64,000 bases of DNA. Origin: a virus. Taxonomy: Duplodnaviria > Caudoviricetes. The DNA lies in IMG/VR virus record IMGVR_UViG_3300043252_000011, positions 34,429 through 98,428 of that record, one strand, 5' to 3'. The translations under genes and the position numbers were made by a program. Positions 1 through 10,339 of the stretch are shown piece after piece. The notes under the pieces are model-generated. The model was given only the letters and a program-made list of their open reading frames with translations. It searched no databases and was not told the origin of the DNA. How positions within the stretch are numbered: the first letter of the stretch is position 1; each line of letters opens with the position of its first letter.

Positions 1-1
1 A

Positions 2-802
2 AAAACTGATTCCGTTTGCGAACAACTTACCGCCGGGATAGTTCAAATGCAAACCCGGACTGATCACATTCGACTGTACGGGGAGGTTGTTCACGACGCC
101 AGTTGCCGAACTACAAGTCGGCGCGCTGGCACTGTCGTAAAAACGAAAATCACCGAGTGTCGTTGTCGTGTTGATAATCGTAAGATCATAAACAGTCCCC
201 GCACTGGCTTTAACGTTCGTTGAATTATTCGACGCAGCAGATCCTACGTGATACGGCGTCGCGCCACCCGACGCGCTCGCCGAAGGTGCTACAAGCCACG
301 GCACTGTATTCGGGGTATTACCCGGCTGTACGGTCCATGTACCGGATTGCGTTGCAGCTACCGTTGCCAGCGGCGTAAGCGCAGTAATCTGCGCTGCAGT
401 GAGCACTACAGGAATCGAAGCCGCCGCAAGTTGCTGACCAAGCGTGTACGGCCAAAACGTGCCAGTTACTTTCAGATTACCATTTACGTCCGTTTGGAAC
501 GCGACCATCTGACCAGTAGTCAACGTCGGCGGCGATGATAAGTACTCGGCACCCGCTGCAGTCCCCGCGCTAGGAAAGACAGCGCCAAAATTTGAAGATG
601 TTCCGCCGCCGCCCCCGCCCCCGCCGCCGTCACACAGCTTCCCCGTCGTATCCATCGTAAGAATGCCGTACGTGCCAGCAACGTACGATACGGGCGGCGT
701 ACCACACGCCGACACGATCAGGGCTTGCAATTGCTGTTGAGCGCTCACGGGCACGCACAGAGCACCAAGCGCCAGCAAAATGAAAAATAGAAATTTCTTC
801 AT
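2..802 (-). CDS. Putative virion/decoration protein with signal-peptide-like N-terminus (runs off window)
   Basis: Hand-translated from ATG at 802: MKKFLFFILLALGALCVPVSAQQQ..., Gly/Ser/Thr-rich, in structural operon. Confidence 0.6.
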   Translation of the reverse strand, partial: MKKFLFFILLALGALCVPVSAQQQLQALIVSACGTPPVSYVAGTYGILTMDTTGKLCDGGGGGGGGGTSSNFGAVFPSAGTAAGAEYLSSPPTLTTGQMVAFQTDVNGNLKVTGTFWPYTLGQQLAAASIPVVLTAAQITALTPLATVAATQSGTWTVQPGNTPNTVPWLVAPSASASGGATPYHVGSAASNNSTNVKASAGTVYDLTIINTTTTLGDFRFYDSASAPTCSSATGVVNNLPVQSNVISPGLHLNYPGGKLFANGISF

Positions 803-1110
803 CGTGCGCGCCCCGTATCGATCTTTTCGATCACGCCGGTAAACGCCGTTGCGCCGACAACAACCATGCTGTAGCGCCCCGCCGGCAACTGCATTTCTGT
901 GTAGCCGGCTGCAGCCGCCACCGGCATGGCAGGCACGTACGTTGCTCCGTCAGGCAGCAACCTTTGCAATTGGTAGCTGGTAAAGCCACCAGCCGCTATC
1001 GTAAGCCCGTACCTGCCTGCGTCCAGCTCAAAGTCGGTTGCTGGCGTGGCGGCAAGATTGACCCAGGACTGATAGCTACGCGGTATGGTCTTTATAGGAT
1101 TGGCAACCAT
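799..1110 (-). CDS. Hypothetical virion-associated protein
   Basis: 103-aa ORF, stop overlaps next start, beta-rich composition. Confidence 0.6.
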   Translation of the reverse strand: MVANPIKTIPRSYQSWVNLAATPATDFELDAGRYGLTIAAGGFTSYQLQRLLPDGATYVPAMPVAAAAGYTEMQLPAGRYSMVVVGATAFTGVIEKIDTGRAR

Positions 1111-1133
1111 CGGATGCGCCCCTCATTGGGTGA

Positions 1134-1679
1134 TTAGTGCGCTCCGATGGGGTATTGAGCAATCAGCCCGCCAGGACCGCGATTGCCGTACGCGCAAACG
1201 CGAGCCTGCGTGTACATCGGAAGATCGGAACCGACTGCGGCTTGAACCAGCGCGAGCGGCGCCGTAGGCGGCGCGGCCGGACACGCTTGACCCCACGCGA
1301 GCGGGGTGGACGCCGCGACGGTCATGGCTGCCGAAAGGGTGATGCCAGTCGTACCGTTGAACGCCGTGACGGTCGTGCCCGACGTAATGCCGGTGCCGGA
1401 AATGATGCACCCTACACACGGCGGATCGGCGGCAGCGGTCGCCGTCAGCGTGAGCGTGGTGGACGAACCGGACGTGCTGCCGATGCCAGATCCTTGGGAC
1501 GTGAACAGCCCCAAGCTGCCCTGAAGCGTACGAATTTCAGTCGGGCCGTTGCCCAAATCGACGACGGTATTCGAGACTACGACTGTCGGGACCTGTACAA
1601 CAGTCTGCGCAAGCGCGACAGTCGGCGCCATCAAAAGCAGTGCAGCCAACGCAGCGCGGATATTGGCGATAAGTTTCAT
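1134..1679 (-). CDS. Putative virion protein with signal-peptide-like N-terminus
   Basis: MKLIANIRAALAALLLMAPTVALAQ after RBS gaagg; ISGTGITSGTTVTA fibre-like motif. Confidence 0.65.
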   Translation of the reverse strand: MKLIANIRAALAALLLMAPTVALAQTVVQVPTVVVSNTVVDLGNGPTEIRTLQGSLGLFTSQGSGIGSTSGSSTTLTLTATAAADPPCVGCIISGTGITSGTTVTAFNGTTGITLSAAMTVAASTPLAWGQACPAAPPTAPLALVQAAVGSDLPMYTQARVCAYGNRGPGGLIAQYPIGAH

Positions 1680-1719
1680 TGTGCTGTTTCCTTCGTTACG
1701 ATGATTGCGCGCTGTACGG

Positions 1720-2457
1720 CTAGTCTTCCACGAACGCAGCGCCGCCGCGATAGTGACGGCTGCTATTGAACTGCACGAGTGCGACAAAACCGGCGGAAGT
1801 CGGATCATTGCCGATTTGATTGCCCGAACTGAGCAAACGCAGCGGCAGCGTTGACGTGGTTTGGAAAGTCGCCGGATCGAGCGACACGCCGGAAATGCCG
1901 AAGCGCGTTGCTTGCTGTGCGGCATTTGCTTTCACGTCGATGCCGGCGCCAAGAATCAGGTTGAACGCGGTAGCCGGCACAGTCGGCATCGTGATTTCCA
2001 TTTCCAAGCTCGGGCTCGTATCGACGGCAGCCCAGCACTCGGTCGAAGCTGGCGCGTACTGAAAGCCGTTCTTTGCCTGATAAAGCGTGATCGGGCCGAA
2101 GCCGACAACCACGCCGGCAATGATGCTGGTCGTGTCGCCGGGCACCCAGCGGGTGATGTTCGGGTCCATGGATTGGTTGCCAAGCAACGTACCGCCGCCG
2201 TTGCCGATGACGACTGATGGCGTTGCCGGGGTGCCGATGTTGTACGGCATGTCGGCCGCGCCGGGCGTGCCGATCGAGCCGGAAGCCCACACGACGATAT
2301 CGCCCCGGAAAATCGCTGCGGCGTTGGCGGCCGGAATGTGGAAATAACGGACAGTCGCTTGCGCTTGGGGGCCGCCGTCGCGAGGCGTCACAGGTAGGAG
2401 TCCCGAATAGTGTTTAAAGCCACCCCCAAGCGTACCGGCATTAATGATGTTCACCAT
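1720..2457 (-). CDS. Putative capsid decoration/cement protein
   Basis: 245 aa, strong RBS caggag, AAIFRGDIV motif resembling phage head-decoration proteins. Confidence 0.55.
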   Translation of the reverse strand: MVNIINAGTLGGGFKHYSGLLPVTPRDGGPQAQATVRYFHIPAANAAAIFRGDIVVWASGSIGTPGAADMPYNIGTPATPSVVIGNGGGTLLGNQSMDPNITRWVPGDTTSIIAGVVVGFGPITLYQAKNGFQYAPASTECWAAVDTSPSLEMEITMPTVPATAFNLILGAGIDVKANAAQQATRFGISGVSLDPATFQTTSTLPLRLLSSGNQIGNDPTSAGFVALVQFNSSRHYRGGAAFVED

Positions 2458-2491
2458 CGAGAAATCTCCTGCGTTGCGTCATACAATTTCA

Positions 2492-2521
2492 TTGACACAC
2501 TACACCGCTAAAGCGTATGAC
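2492..2521 (+). promoter_or_regulatory. Putative sigma70 promoter of the HNH gene
   Basis: TTGACA-18 nt-TATGAC upstream of 2550. Confidence 0.35.
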
Positions 2522-2549
2522 ACCAACTCTTAAATAGGCGGGGGTTTCC

Positions 2550-3107
2550 GTGAAACCGTGTAACACTTGTGGCGTCGTGAAAAATTTAGAGCAATTCCAT
2601 ACGCACTCAACACGCGACGGGCGCCGTAATAAATGCGCCGAATGTGAAAATAAACTCAGGCGCGAACGCCGGCAGAACAATCTAGCAAAAGAACGCGCCC
2701 GCGATAGAAAACGCTACCGTACAAATCCCGTACGGCGGCTGAACAGCCAAAGATTACGCGCAGCTAATTTAGACCGATACAAAGCCAATGACGTACGCCG
2801 ACACGCTGCCGATCCGCGTAAAAAAATGTTGCGCGCCGCACGAAAGCGCGCTAAAGAGTACGGTAGAGAGTGTACAATAACCTTAGCAGATATTATTGTG
2901 CCCCCGCTGTGTCCGTTGCTAGGCGTCCCCATAACAGTTGGGACCGCTAAGGTCCACAACAACTCACCTACACTTGATCGCAAGGACAGCACAAAAGGAT
3001 ACGTACCCGGCAACGTGTGGGTTATAAGTTGGCGCGCTAATCGTATGAAATCTGACAGCACACTTGAAGAATTAAAACTTTTTGTAAAAAATTGGCCAGT
3101 CACATGA
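2550..3107 (+). CDS. HNH-type homing endonuclease
   Basis: CxxC pairs, CPLLG, PTLDRKDSTKGYVPGNVWVISWRANRMK motif; antisense to flanking operon. Confidence 0.85.
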   Translation: MKPCNTCGVVKNLEQFHTHSTRDGRRNKCAECENKLRRERRQNNLAKERARDRKRYRTNPVRRLNSQRLRAANLDRYKANDVRRHAADPRKKMLRAARKRAKEYGRECTITLADIIVPPLCPLLGVPITVGTAKVHNNSPTLDRKDSTKGYVPGNVWVISWRANRMKSDSTLEELKLFVKNWPVT

Positions 3108-3179
3108 CGCACCCGTGGGAAAAGCCACCAGAGCCGGACTACAACGAAATACCAGAATTCCTAAAACGCGAATTGCCGC

Positions 3180-3488
3180 CTAATCACGCAAATAATCTTC
3201 AAGAGAAAGCCCAAGATTGGCTTCCGCCTTGGGGACCCACGAATTCGTCTCATTCCTGAGTGCCGCACGTACAACGCCGGTAACGCCACTGTCGCGCGCC
3301 CGCTCGAATAGCAGTATTTGGCCTTCCGCGAGCGCCTTGTCGATTTCAGGATCGTCTTTCACCGTATTCCAATCGATACCAGCAGCTCGCGCCGCCAGTT
3401 CGTACGGTACGCCTTCCTGCAACCGCGCGATCATGATTTCACGCGGCGTTGTTGCTTTGGGCTTTTGGGGATAAGACCACGGGAACAT
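3180..3488 (-). CDS. Hypothetical HTH-like protein (possible small terminase)
   Basis: AARAAGIDWNTV HTH-like segment; 102 aa. Confidence 0.35.
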   Translation of the reverse strand: MFPWSYPQKPKATTPREIMIARLQEGVPYELAARAAGIDWNTVKDDPEIDKALAEGQILLFERARDSGVTGVVRAALRNETNSWVPKAEANLGLSLEDYLRD

Positions 3489-3496
3489 TATTTTGC

Positions 3497-3892
3497 CTAC
3501 GGCGAGGCCCCAACGCCTTGCACGGCACCACGTTGCGCGATCGTACCGGCAACATCACGCGCCGTACGAGCACCGTTATCCGGCATCGCACCAAGAATAT
3601 CGGAGAACTTGGCAGGGCTGCCGGCCGCGCGTTCCTGCATCCGATTTTCGCCATCCGCATACGCAGCCCACTGTGCAAACCTATGATGAGGGGCTGAGTC
3701 GCCAGGCTGGATAAAAATTACGTCACATTCTTCCGTACATCTACAGAGCGGAGTTCCGTTGCCAATAACGATCATGACGTCGATAAGACGTGCGTTGTGC
3801 ACTTTAGTTATTACAGCCGCGAAAGGTATATTGTCCGAACACCTATAGCGGAACCAAACAGTACGCCCAGCCTTTAATTCTATTTCAGTCAT
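3497..3892 (-). CDS. Hypothetical phage protein with a C-terminus paralogous to that of the adjacent 1313-aa protein
   Basis: GRTVWF..PFAAVITKV N-terminus; both proteins end with AQRGAVQG. Confidence 0.55.
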   Translation of the reverse strand: MTEIELKAGRTVWFRYRCSDNIPFAAVITKVHNARLIDVMIVIGNGTPLCRCTEECDVIFIQPGDSAPHHRFAQWAAYADGENRMQERAAGSPAKFSDILGAMPDNGARTARDVAGTIAQRGAVQGVGASP

Positions 3893-6800
3893 TGCACTGC
3901 CCCCGAACGCAGCACGTCACCCTGTACAGCCCCGCGCTGCGCCACGTTGCCGGTGATAGCCTTCAGAGTCCCGTCGTCTTGCAAGTCCTTCATGAAGAAA
4001 TCCTTAAACTGTACCGGCTGGCCAAGAACCTTGGCGTTCATGTACTGACGCATTACCCTGTATATGCGCTGGCCGCCAATACCCGCCGCAGCCGTAGCGG
4101 AGAGAGCGCCGAGCGTTGGGACGCCTGCGGCATTCGCCGATAGCTCTCCCGCGATGACTGGCAGCATCAATTTCCAGTCGGCAGGCGCCCCCACTTTCAT
4201 TGCGTTAAACGCACGCATGGCACCCGGGTCGTCACCCGCAAACGACTTAAAAGCAGTCTCCATCGCGCGGCGCGCTGGCGAATTACCGCCTTCTAACAGT
4301 TGCTGCATCCGGGCGTAGTTCATGCCGCCCGAACCTGTCATGATCGTCGCCCAGCTTTTATCTAGTTGCTCCAGACGGTCGATAACTTGTGGAGCTCTAG
4401 CAGGGCCAAACACGTACTTTGCCGCCGCTACCTGTTGATTGCGTACGCCCTGAAAAATATTATCCATCGCATCCGCGCTCGGCTTATCGGCATTTTGCAA
4501 AAACGCCATGCGCTTTTGTATTAATTCAGAACCAGCATTTTGCAGTTGCTGCCATTTCTGACTCCAGTTATCGGCCGGAGCCTTAACCAACATTTCCGCG
4601 TGCTCCGCATCGGGCACGAACTTAGCTTCAACCGTGCCAGTCGGATTTTCCGACGTGCGTATCTGCGCAAGCGGGCCGTCCGGCGTCGGTTGATTTGCTT
4701 TTGGGACGCCAACGCCAGTGTTCTGCACATCCTGGCGAAGTTGATTATAACCCTGCGATGTTTCATTTGCCGCACTTCGCGCACGGCCCATGACAACGGC
4801 TTCGCCGCGTGGTACGTCGCCTTCCGACGTAACCTTGTGCGCATACGCTACTTCGTCAGGCTTCGCGTTCGGCAGCATGTCTTTAATCGTTGCTTCAGCT
4901 TTCTCCTTCGCAGCCTGTGCAGCTAAGTACTTCGGATTATCACCAGCGCCATCGCCCGGTAGCTTTGGCTCCGTTGTGGCGAGCGTTTGGTTTGCTTCGT
5001 GCAGATCCTTCGCAGCGGCTTGTACGGTTTTTTGCGCGTCGGTTGTGAATAAGCTGTAAACTTTATTCAGCCCCATGCCGAGCGCGTGGCCAAACAGTCT
5101 ACCGCCAAGACCTTCAGCGCCGCCGCGCAAGCCAGCGTCAACTATGTCAGCCGGGGTACCGCCTTCCACTGCTGTCGCACCCGCTTCAATAGCGGCGCTG
5201 CCGGCAGTTTGGCCGCCGAGTACCGCAAGCCCCGTTTTTGTTAGCAATTTACCAGCGGGCACAACACTGAGAAGGCCACCAAGTGCAGCTTGTTCGGCGA
5301 TCTTTGTTTTACTTTGCGGGTTGCCCTGCAGGTAGTCTTTCAGAACTTGACCGCCGCCGCCGCCGATCGCACCGCCAATAACTTGACCCGGCAAACCAGC
5401 GCGCGAGCCGATAAGCGATCCGACAGTAGAGCCGGCGGCGGGCAACGCGCCTTCAAGCATTTGCGTGCCGCCCTGACGCCCTTGCTCTTGTTGCTCCGGC
5501 GTAAGCTGGTTCCACGCCGTCGCGGCAGGGTCGTCCATCGGATTGCCCGCTGCCGGCTGTCGGCCCGGCGCTGCGCTGGACTGTGGTACTGTGCCCTCTG
5601 TAGCGTCGGCATAGCGTTGCAATACCGTTGCGACAGTCGGCCGCCCTCTGAAAAATCGCGGATTGTTTCTCGCAGCCTCTTCGCCGACAACCGTACGTGC
5701 ATCGGCATTAGGATCGGCCTGCAACAGTTTTGGGCCGCCAGCCGTGCCGAGATTGTGCGCAATGTACAGCGACGTGTCATTAACCGGCAGCCCGGCCGTC
5801 TGCAATGCAGTCGCGTTCTTTTGCGTAAAAGTAGCGAGCGCCGCTGTCTGCTGCGCTGGCGTCGCGTCCTTGGCACGATCAGGGGCACCGGGTGGCCGAT
5901 TGTCTTTCCAGGTCTGATCCGTGAATCCGTACGCACCCGACGCGCTGGTGCTCGCGGTAGTGGCCGTCCATGGGTTTGCTTTTCCGGGCGCCTCGATGCC
6001 TTGCGTAGTTTGCGCGTACGTTGGCGACGCACCTGGAGGCATCGAAGGCTGGCCCGTACCGCCGCCGGGCGATTGAGGGGCCGGGAGGTTTGACGGCGGT
6101 ACGGGTTGCGCTGGGGTTACAGCGCCGGCATTCTGGTCCGGCTGTTGTACGGGTGTCAAGGGGGGTCGCGGCGGCTGAGCGCCGTTTACGTTCGATCCTT
6201 GCGGAAAAAATATACGCTGATTGCCGCGCACGACGCTGGGGTACGAACGCCAGCCATTAATCGCGTCAACGCGGCCTTCCTCGTGGTATTGCGCAACGCT
6301 GTCTTTCAACGACGCATCAAGTGGTATGTCCTCCAACGGGCGCCCAATCTGTCCGGCGTAGCGCATTGCCCCACTAACGCGCCCAGCAGCTTGCTCTTGC
6401 GCAAATTTGTAGTTTTCGTTCGCGATGAACTGCATCCCGCGCTTTGTTTCATCCGAAATGCGCGGCGCGTCGCCTTTTCGGCCGCCATCAACCCAATTCT
6501 TATATGCGCCCAGCTCGCTTGTCGCGCGATTCAGGAAGCCTTCAAAGCCGCCTTGTTGCTTTCCGAACATCTGCGACAAGCCCGTGGTGCCGGCAGCGGC
6601 CGATTTCTCAGCCACGTCGCGGCCGACGGCGCCCAACGTGTCTTTCAGCAGCGCCAAACCGGCCGACGAATTGTACATCTGGTCATTAAGCGCCTCGTTC
6701 CTGAATTTGTTCGCTATGTTGTACTGATTAAGCGCGCCTTTTACGTCGTCGCCCGCAAACATCTTGTCGCTTTTTTCAAGGCGTTCTGCCGTCGTTGCGT

Positions 6801-7830
6801 TCCAGCCGCCGTCTTTCGGGGCGAGGCCATATTTTTCAACCTGTACGGAACCGTTAGGGCCGACATTGCCAGTCTGCCCGTCAATGGACCGCGTACGGAC
6901 AGGAAAACCAGCAGGCTCGTTTGAGCTACCAACGCGAATATCGCCTTGCAACGCGACTTCCACATCTTTTGGAGCCGTGCCATCGAAATTCGTGATGTTG
7001 TTAAGTTTCTGCGTAACCTGAGAATGCAGTTGCTGCGCTTGCGTAAACGCCGCGCCGTGTTGTTGCACTCCAGCCTGCCAGTCCGACACTTTTTCCGGTA
7101 TCGTTTGGAATCCAAGCGAAGTGATGGATTGCTTTTCTTCCGGCGTTAGGCTGCGGAGTACGGATGCGTACGCGGGTTGATTGTCGCCGGCAGCATTTAG
7201 TTTTGTGATGGCCGTGCTGGCTGCGGCGAGCCGCGCCCCGGCACCGTCAACAGCGGTCCCGGCAAAATCCTGCACCCAATCGCCCTTGCCGCGCGCCTGG
7301 AGATATTTGGCTTTACTGAAATCGCCGGACTTATACTGGTCGAGCAACCAATTATCCACCGTGTCATTCGTCATGAACGGGTTTTGAGCGGACGCCGGCA
7401 TTCCAAAATTGGTCGCACTTTTCTGGATGTCGGTTTGCTGTTGCTTTTGCGTTTTGATATTCTGCAGTTGTTCGGTCAGTTTTGGCAACGCATCACGCGC
7501 TGCCTGTACGGATTCGGGTGCAAATATCTGCATAAGAAAACCGCCGAAGCCGCTGGCCGTCGCGATCTTGCTGGTGCGATCGACGCGCTGTTCAAGCAGG
7601 TTCGCCGACTGGTCAAGCGCAGTTGCTTTCGGATCCTCTAGCGGTTTGTAGTTCGGAAACGGCGAGACGAACGAGTTACCGAATGTTGGCCCGCTGTCTT
7701 GCGGTGCAAGCGCTGTCGGCGCTGCCGTGGGCATATCCAAACCGCCGGCCGGCAACACGCCGCTGCCATCGCCGCTATATGCTGGCGAGCCCGATTGAGT
7801 ATCTAGGCCACCGCCGAAAACGTCTGACAT
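3889..7830 (-). CDS. Large internal virion/ejection protein with lysozyme-like domain
   Basis: 1313 aa, Ala/Gly/Gln-rich; SASGAYGFTDQTW...LYIAHNLG lysozyme-like motifs. Confidence 0.75.
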   Translation of the reverse strand: MSDVFGGGLDTQSGSPAYSGDGSGVLPAGGLDMPTAAPTALAPQDSGPTFGNSFVSPFPNYKPLEDPKATALDQSANLLEQRVDRTSKIATASGFGGFLMQIFAPESVQAARDALPKLTEQLQNIKTQKQQQTDIQKSATNFGMPASAQNPFMTNDTVDNWLLDQYKSGDFSKAKYLQARGKGDWVQDFAGTAVDGAGARLAAASTAITKLNAAGDNQPAYASVLRSLTPEEKQSITSLGFQTIPEKVSDWQAGVQQHGAAFTQAQQLHSQVTQKLNNITNFDGTAPKDVEVALQGDIRVGSSNEPAGFPVRTRSIDGQTGNVGPNGSVQVEKYGLAPKDGGWNATTAERLEKSDKMFAGDDVKGALNQYNIANKFRNEALNDQMYNSSAGLALLKDTLGAVGRDVAEKSAAAGTTGLSQMFGKQQGGFEGFLNRATSELGAYKNWVDGGRKGDAPRISDETKRGMQFIANENYKFAQEQAAGRVSGAMRYAGQIGRPLEDIPLDASLKDSVAQYHEEGRVDAINGWRSYPSVVRGNQRIFFPQGSNVNGAQPPRPPLTPVQQPDQNAGAVTPAQPVPPSNLPAPQSPGGGTGQPSMPPGASPTYAQTTQGIEAPGKANPWTATTASTSASGAYGFTDQTWKDNRPPGAPDRAKDATPAQQTAALATFTQKNATALQTAGLPVNDTSLYIAHNLGTAGGPKLLQADPNADARTVVGEEAARNNPRFFRGRPTVATVLQRYADATEGTVPQSSAAPGRQPAAGNPMDDPAATAWNQLTPEQQEQGRQGGTQMLEGALPAAGSTVGSLIGSRAGLPGQVIGGAIGGGGGQVLKDYLQGNPQSKTKIAEQAALGGLLSVVPAGKLLTKTGLAVLGGQTAGSAAIEAGATAVEGGTPADIVDAGLRGGAEGLGGRLFGHALGMGLNKVYSLFTTDAQKTVQAAAKDLHEANQTLATTEPKLPGDGAGDNPKYLAAQAAKEKAEATIKDMLPNAKPDEVAYAHKVTSEGDVPRGEAVVMGRARSAANETSQGYNQLRQDVQNTGVGVPKANQPTPDGPLAQIRTSENPTGTVEAKFVPDAEHAEMLVKAPADNWSQKWQQLQNAGSELIQKRMAFLQNADKPSADAMDNIFQGVRNQQVAAAKYVFGPARAPQVIDRLEQLDKSWATIMTGSGGMNYARMQQLLEGGNSPARRAMETAFKSFAGDDPGAMRAFNAMKVGAPADWKLMLPVIAGELSANAAGVPTLGALSATAAAGIGGQRIYRVMRQYMNAKVLGQPVQFKDFFMKDLQDDGTLKAITGNVAQRGAVQGDVLRSGAVQ

Positions 7831-7893
7831 TTTGACCGCTCCGCATGCGAATTGCGGGACGGTAGCATGATTAGAGCTGGTTTGTCACTTAGG

Positions 7894-8157
7894 CTACCTA
7901 ATGAATATCTGTGCACGAAAAAACCTACCAATTCTGAATCCAAACTCTCGTCTTACGCTGCGTTTCTCAGCTTCGTTTGCCGCAGCAACAATAAATTCAG
8001 CATCCGCACGGGTCAAACCGTAGCCAGGAGACCCGCTGTCAGTGGACCACCCCGGCGCCTCAGGATCGGCGCTCACAGTCCATATTTCAGCTTCGTCCCG
8101 CTCGGACCCTTTGCTGTAAGAGCAACCTTCATCGCAGACTGCGTACCACTTTCGCAT
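7894..8157 (-). CDS. Small hypothetical phage protein
   Basis: ATG at 8157 (MRKWYAVC...), DAEFIVAAAN motif common in phage accessory proteins. Confidence 0.6.
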   Translation of the reverse strand: MRKWYAVCDEGCSYSKGSERDEAEIWTVSADPEAPGWSTDSGSPGYGLTRADAEFIVAAANEAEKRSVRREFGFRIGRFFRAQIFIR

Positions 8158-8359
8158 CTTTAACCCCGTTAATTGTACGGTTAGTGTGCATCCTTTTCCG
8201 TACACTGTCAACTGCGCCGCTTTCCATAAAGCAAACATACGTACAACCGATATGCTTTCACAGCCAAATGCCTGCCGCCGCTAGGATACGCAATGTACAC
8301 ATACGTTGGCCACTGAGGCCAAGTATGCCACAACACACTCAATTCGCGACCAAATATTC

Positions 8360-8836
8360 TCATGCTGTACTCCGATAAGCCACACTGCAATGTTCCGCAC
8401 AGTACGGCTTGCCTTCGACGGCGCTGCCACCACAGAAAAAGAAATCAGGCGACAATGGGTCGCCGAACGGCCATTTGCAAACGCCACTGTTGAGTTGCAA
8501 TAGTGTACAGCGCTGCGCGGCTGGAATATTGGAACCGTCAGGTAGGACTGGCAATAGAGCCGGCGCGTTTATTTCGACATAGTCGAAGCGGTCGCCGTGA
8601 TTAGTGAGGCGCTTAACTTTTGGCCGTGTCTTCGATCTGTCTTTGGTGCTCTGCGGACGCTCCCCTAAACCAAGACGGTGTGCTTTCCCGATGCACGCAT
8701 TACGCTCCCCCGGAAAACCTAACTGAGCAGCAATATCGCTAAATGAATATCCTTGGGCGTGCAGCTTACGAAATTTTGCTTCGCGCTCGATCGTCCATTT
8801 AATTACCTGCGGGGCGCCCATCACACTTTGCTCCAC
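8360..8836 (-). CDS. gcrA: GcrA-family cell-cycle regulator homolog
   Basis: WT..R...RKLHAQGYSFSDIAAQLG..RNACIGKAHRLGL and CKWPFGDP..FFFCG..PYCAEH. Confidence 0.9.
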   Translation of the reverse strand: MEQSVMGAPQVIKWTIEREAKFRKLHAQGYSFSDIAAQLGFPGERNACIGKAHRLGLGERPQSTKDRSKTRPKVKRLTNHGDRFDYVEINAPALLPVLPDGSNIPAAQRCTLLQLNSGVCKWPFGDPLSPDFFFCGGSAVEGKPYCAEHCSVAYRSTA

Positions 8837-9030
8837 GGCATCCAGGCCGTGCCGACGACGCTGTAAAAGAATTTCGTCTCCCGATCATGGCGCGGTCCCC
8901 ACACAACACGTACGCCGCTGGGTGTACATTCGACAACTTCGCCATGACCGCGGACGTAAATGCCGCCGCCGATGGCGTGATTTACGATCTTGTCGCCTTC
9001 TTTGAGCGCGGAGAATTCTTGCAAGTTCAT
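8821..9030 (-). CDS. Hypothetical protein
   Basis: 69-aa ORF in overlapping minus-strand operon. Confidence 0.5.
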   Translation of the reverse strand: MNLQEFSALKEGDKIVNHAIGGGIYVRGHGEVVECTPSGVRVVWGPRHDRETKFFYSVVGTAWMPWSKV

Positions 9031-9263
9031 GACGCAGCCCCGACGTAGACGATACGAAAACCGATCTTGTGAAGCGCGATGATTATTGCGGACGCGTCAT
9101 TCGGGTCGAAATCGTGAAACCCGTTATGCATGAGTGCTTGCTGTGCAGCAACTAATTCCGCCGGTTTGTACAGCTTGTTTACGTGCTCAGCCATCCTGGC
9201 CCATTCCTCGTTGCTGGCGTGACTTGTGAGTACCGTCAGGATAATGGTCGCGCATATCCCCAA
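9027..9263 (-). CDS. Hypothetical protein
   Basis: 78-aa ORF, ATGA overlap with neighbour. Confidence 0.4.
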   Translation of the reverse strand: MGICATIILTVLTSHASNEEWARMAEHVNKLYKPAELVAAQQALMHNGFHDFDPNDASAIIIALHKIGFRIVYVGAAS

Positions 9264-9878
9264 CGACGTGCGTAACCCGGCCTGAATACTTTGGCATGTC
9301 CTTAATTGACAGCTTCATGCGCGGATCGGGTTGCGATGGCGTAAAGCACGCTATTAGCTTTGCCAGCATTTTCTTCATCTTACCACCCCGAACGCGTGCA
9401 TAAACACCGCACCGAACGAACAACCAAGCATCAAGCCGAGCCCGATGCAAACAAATAAAGTCAGCTTTTCGGTGCGCGTCATAGCTCGTCATCCAGTAAA
9501 TCGAGGATGCCCAATAGCACGTCGACGATGAACTTGTCACGGCCCGGTTCGTCAGCATGGCGTTTTATGCGTTCACGGAGTCGTGCGATTTTGGCGTCGA
9601 TAGATCGCTTACGTTCAACCACGGCTCAACTCCCTCTTAATCCTGGCAACCATCGAACGGCTGCACGTGTACAGCCGCTCCGCTTCCGGACTGCGTGGCC
9701 TATCGGCTTCACGTACCGATGCATCGCTGGCGATAATCACACTCGCCAGCAACCTTTGTACGGCGTTGAGCAGCCTGCCGCGCCGGTCCCGTTTGCGGTG
9801 GTAGCGTGTCATGGCACGTCACCTAACAACAGCCGAAGATTATGTGCCATGAGCGTCTTTTTTATTTTTACGTGGCAT

Positions 9879-10289
9879 TTAATACACCACTCGCTTGCCA
9901 GCTTCCGGCTTGAACGAAGCCACGGCAACGAACGACTTGCCTTCGTCACCCAGCTTTTCCATTTGTGCCGGCGACAGCAGCTCGCGTTTGAACGCCTTGT
10001 CGCCAAGCGTCTCTTGCGCAAGCACGGCGGTAGTCTCGGGGTCGCTCCAGCGGCGATGCACAACAGCGTCTTTGACGACAACGCCGGGAATCAGCTCGCC
10101 GTTGCCGATCGCACGCGCTTGAATTTGTGCATCGATGGCAGCTTGGAATGCACCGATTGCCTGTACGGCTTTCACCATCGGGACAAGGTTGGCGCTTTCG
10201 ATGGCGTCGGCATTGATAGCTTGCAATTTGGCAAGTACCGATTCGAGATCGGCGTAGACGGTGGCTAAGGCGGGGATGTTCGTATTCAT
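9879..10289 (-). CDS. Protein resembling the C-terminal part of DUF2800-type phage proteins
   Basis: GELIPGVVV..RRWSD..LLSPAQMEKLG motif; RBS ggag; upstream TTGACA promoter. Confidence 0.55.
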   Translation of the reverse strand: MNTNIPALATVYADLESVLAKLQAINADAIESANLVPMVKAVQAIGAFQAAIDAQIQARAIGNGELIPGVVVKDAVVHRRWSDPETTAVLAQETLGDKAFKRELLSPAQMEKLGDEGKSFVAVASFKPEAGKRVVY

Positions 10290-10339
10290 AGTCGCTCTCC
10301 AGCGGTTTGTCGATGTACGTACAATAACACCTTAAAAAC

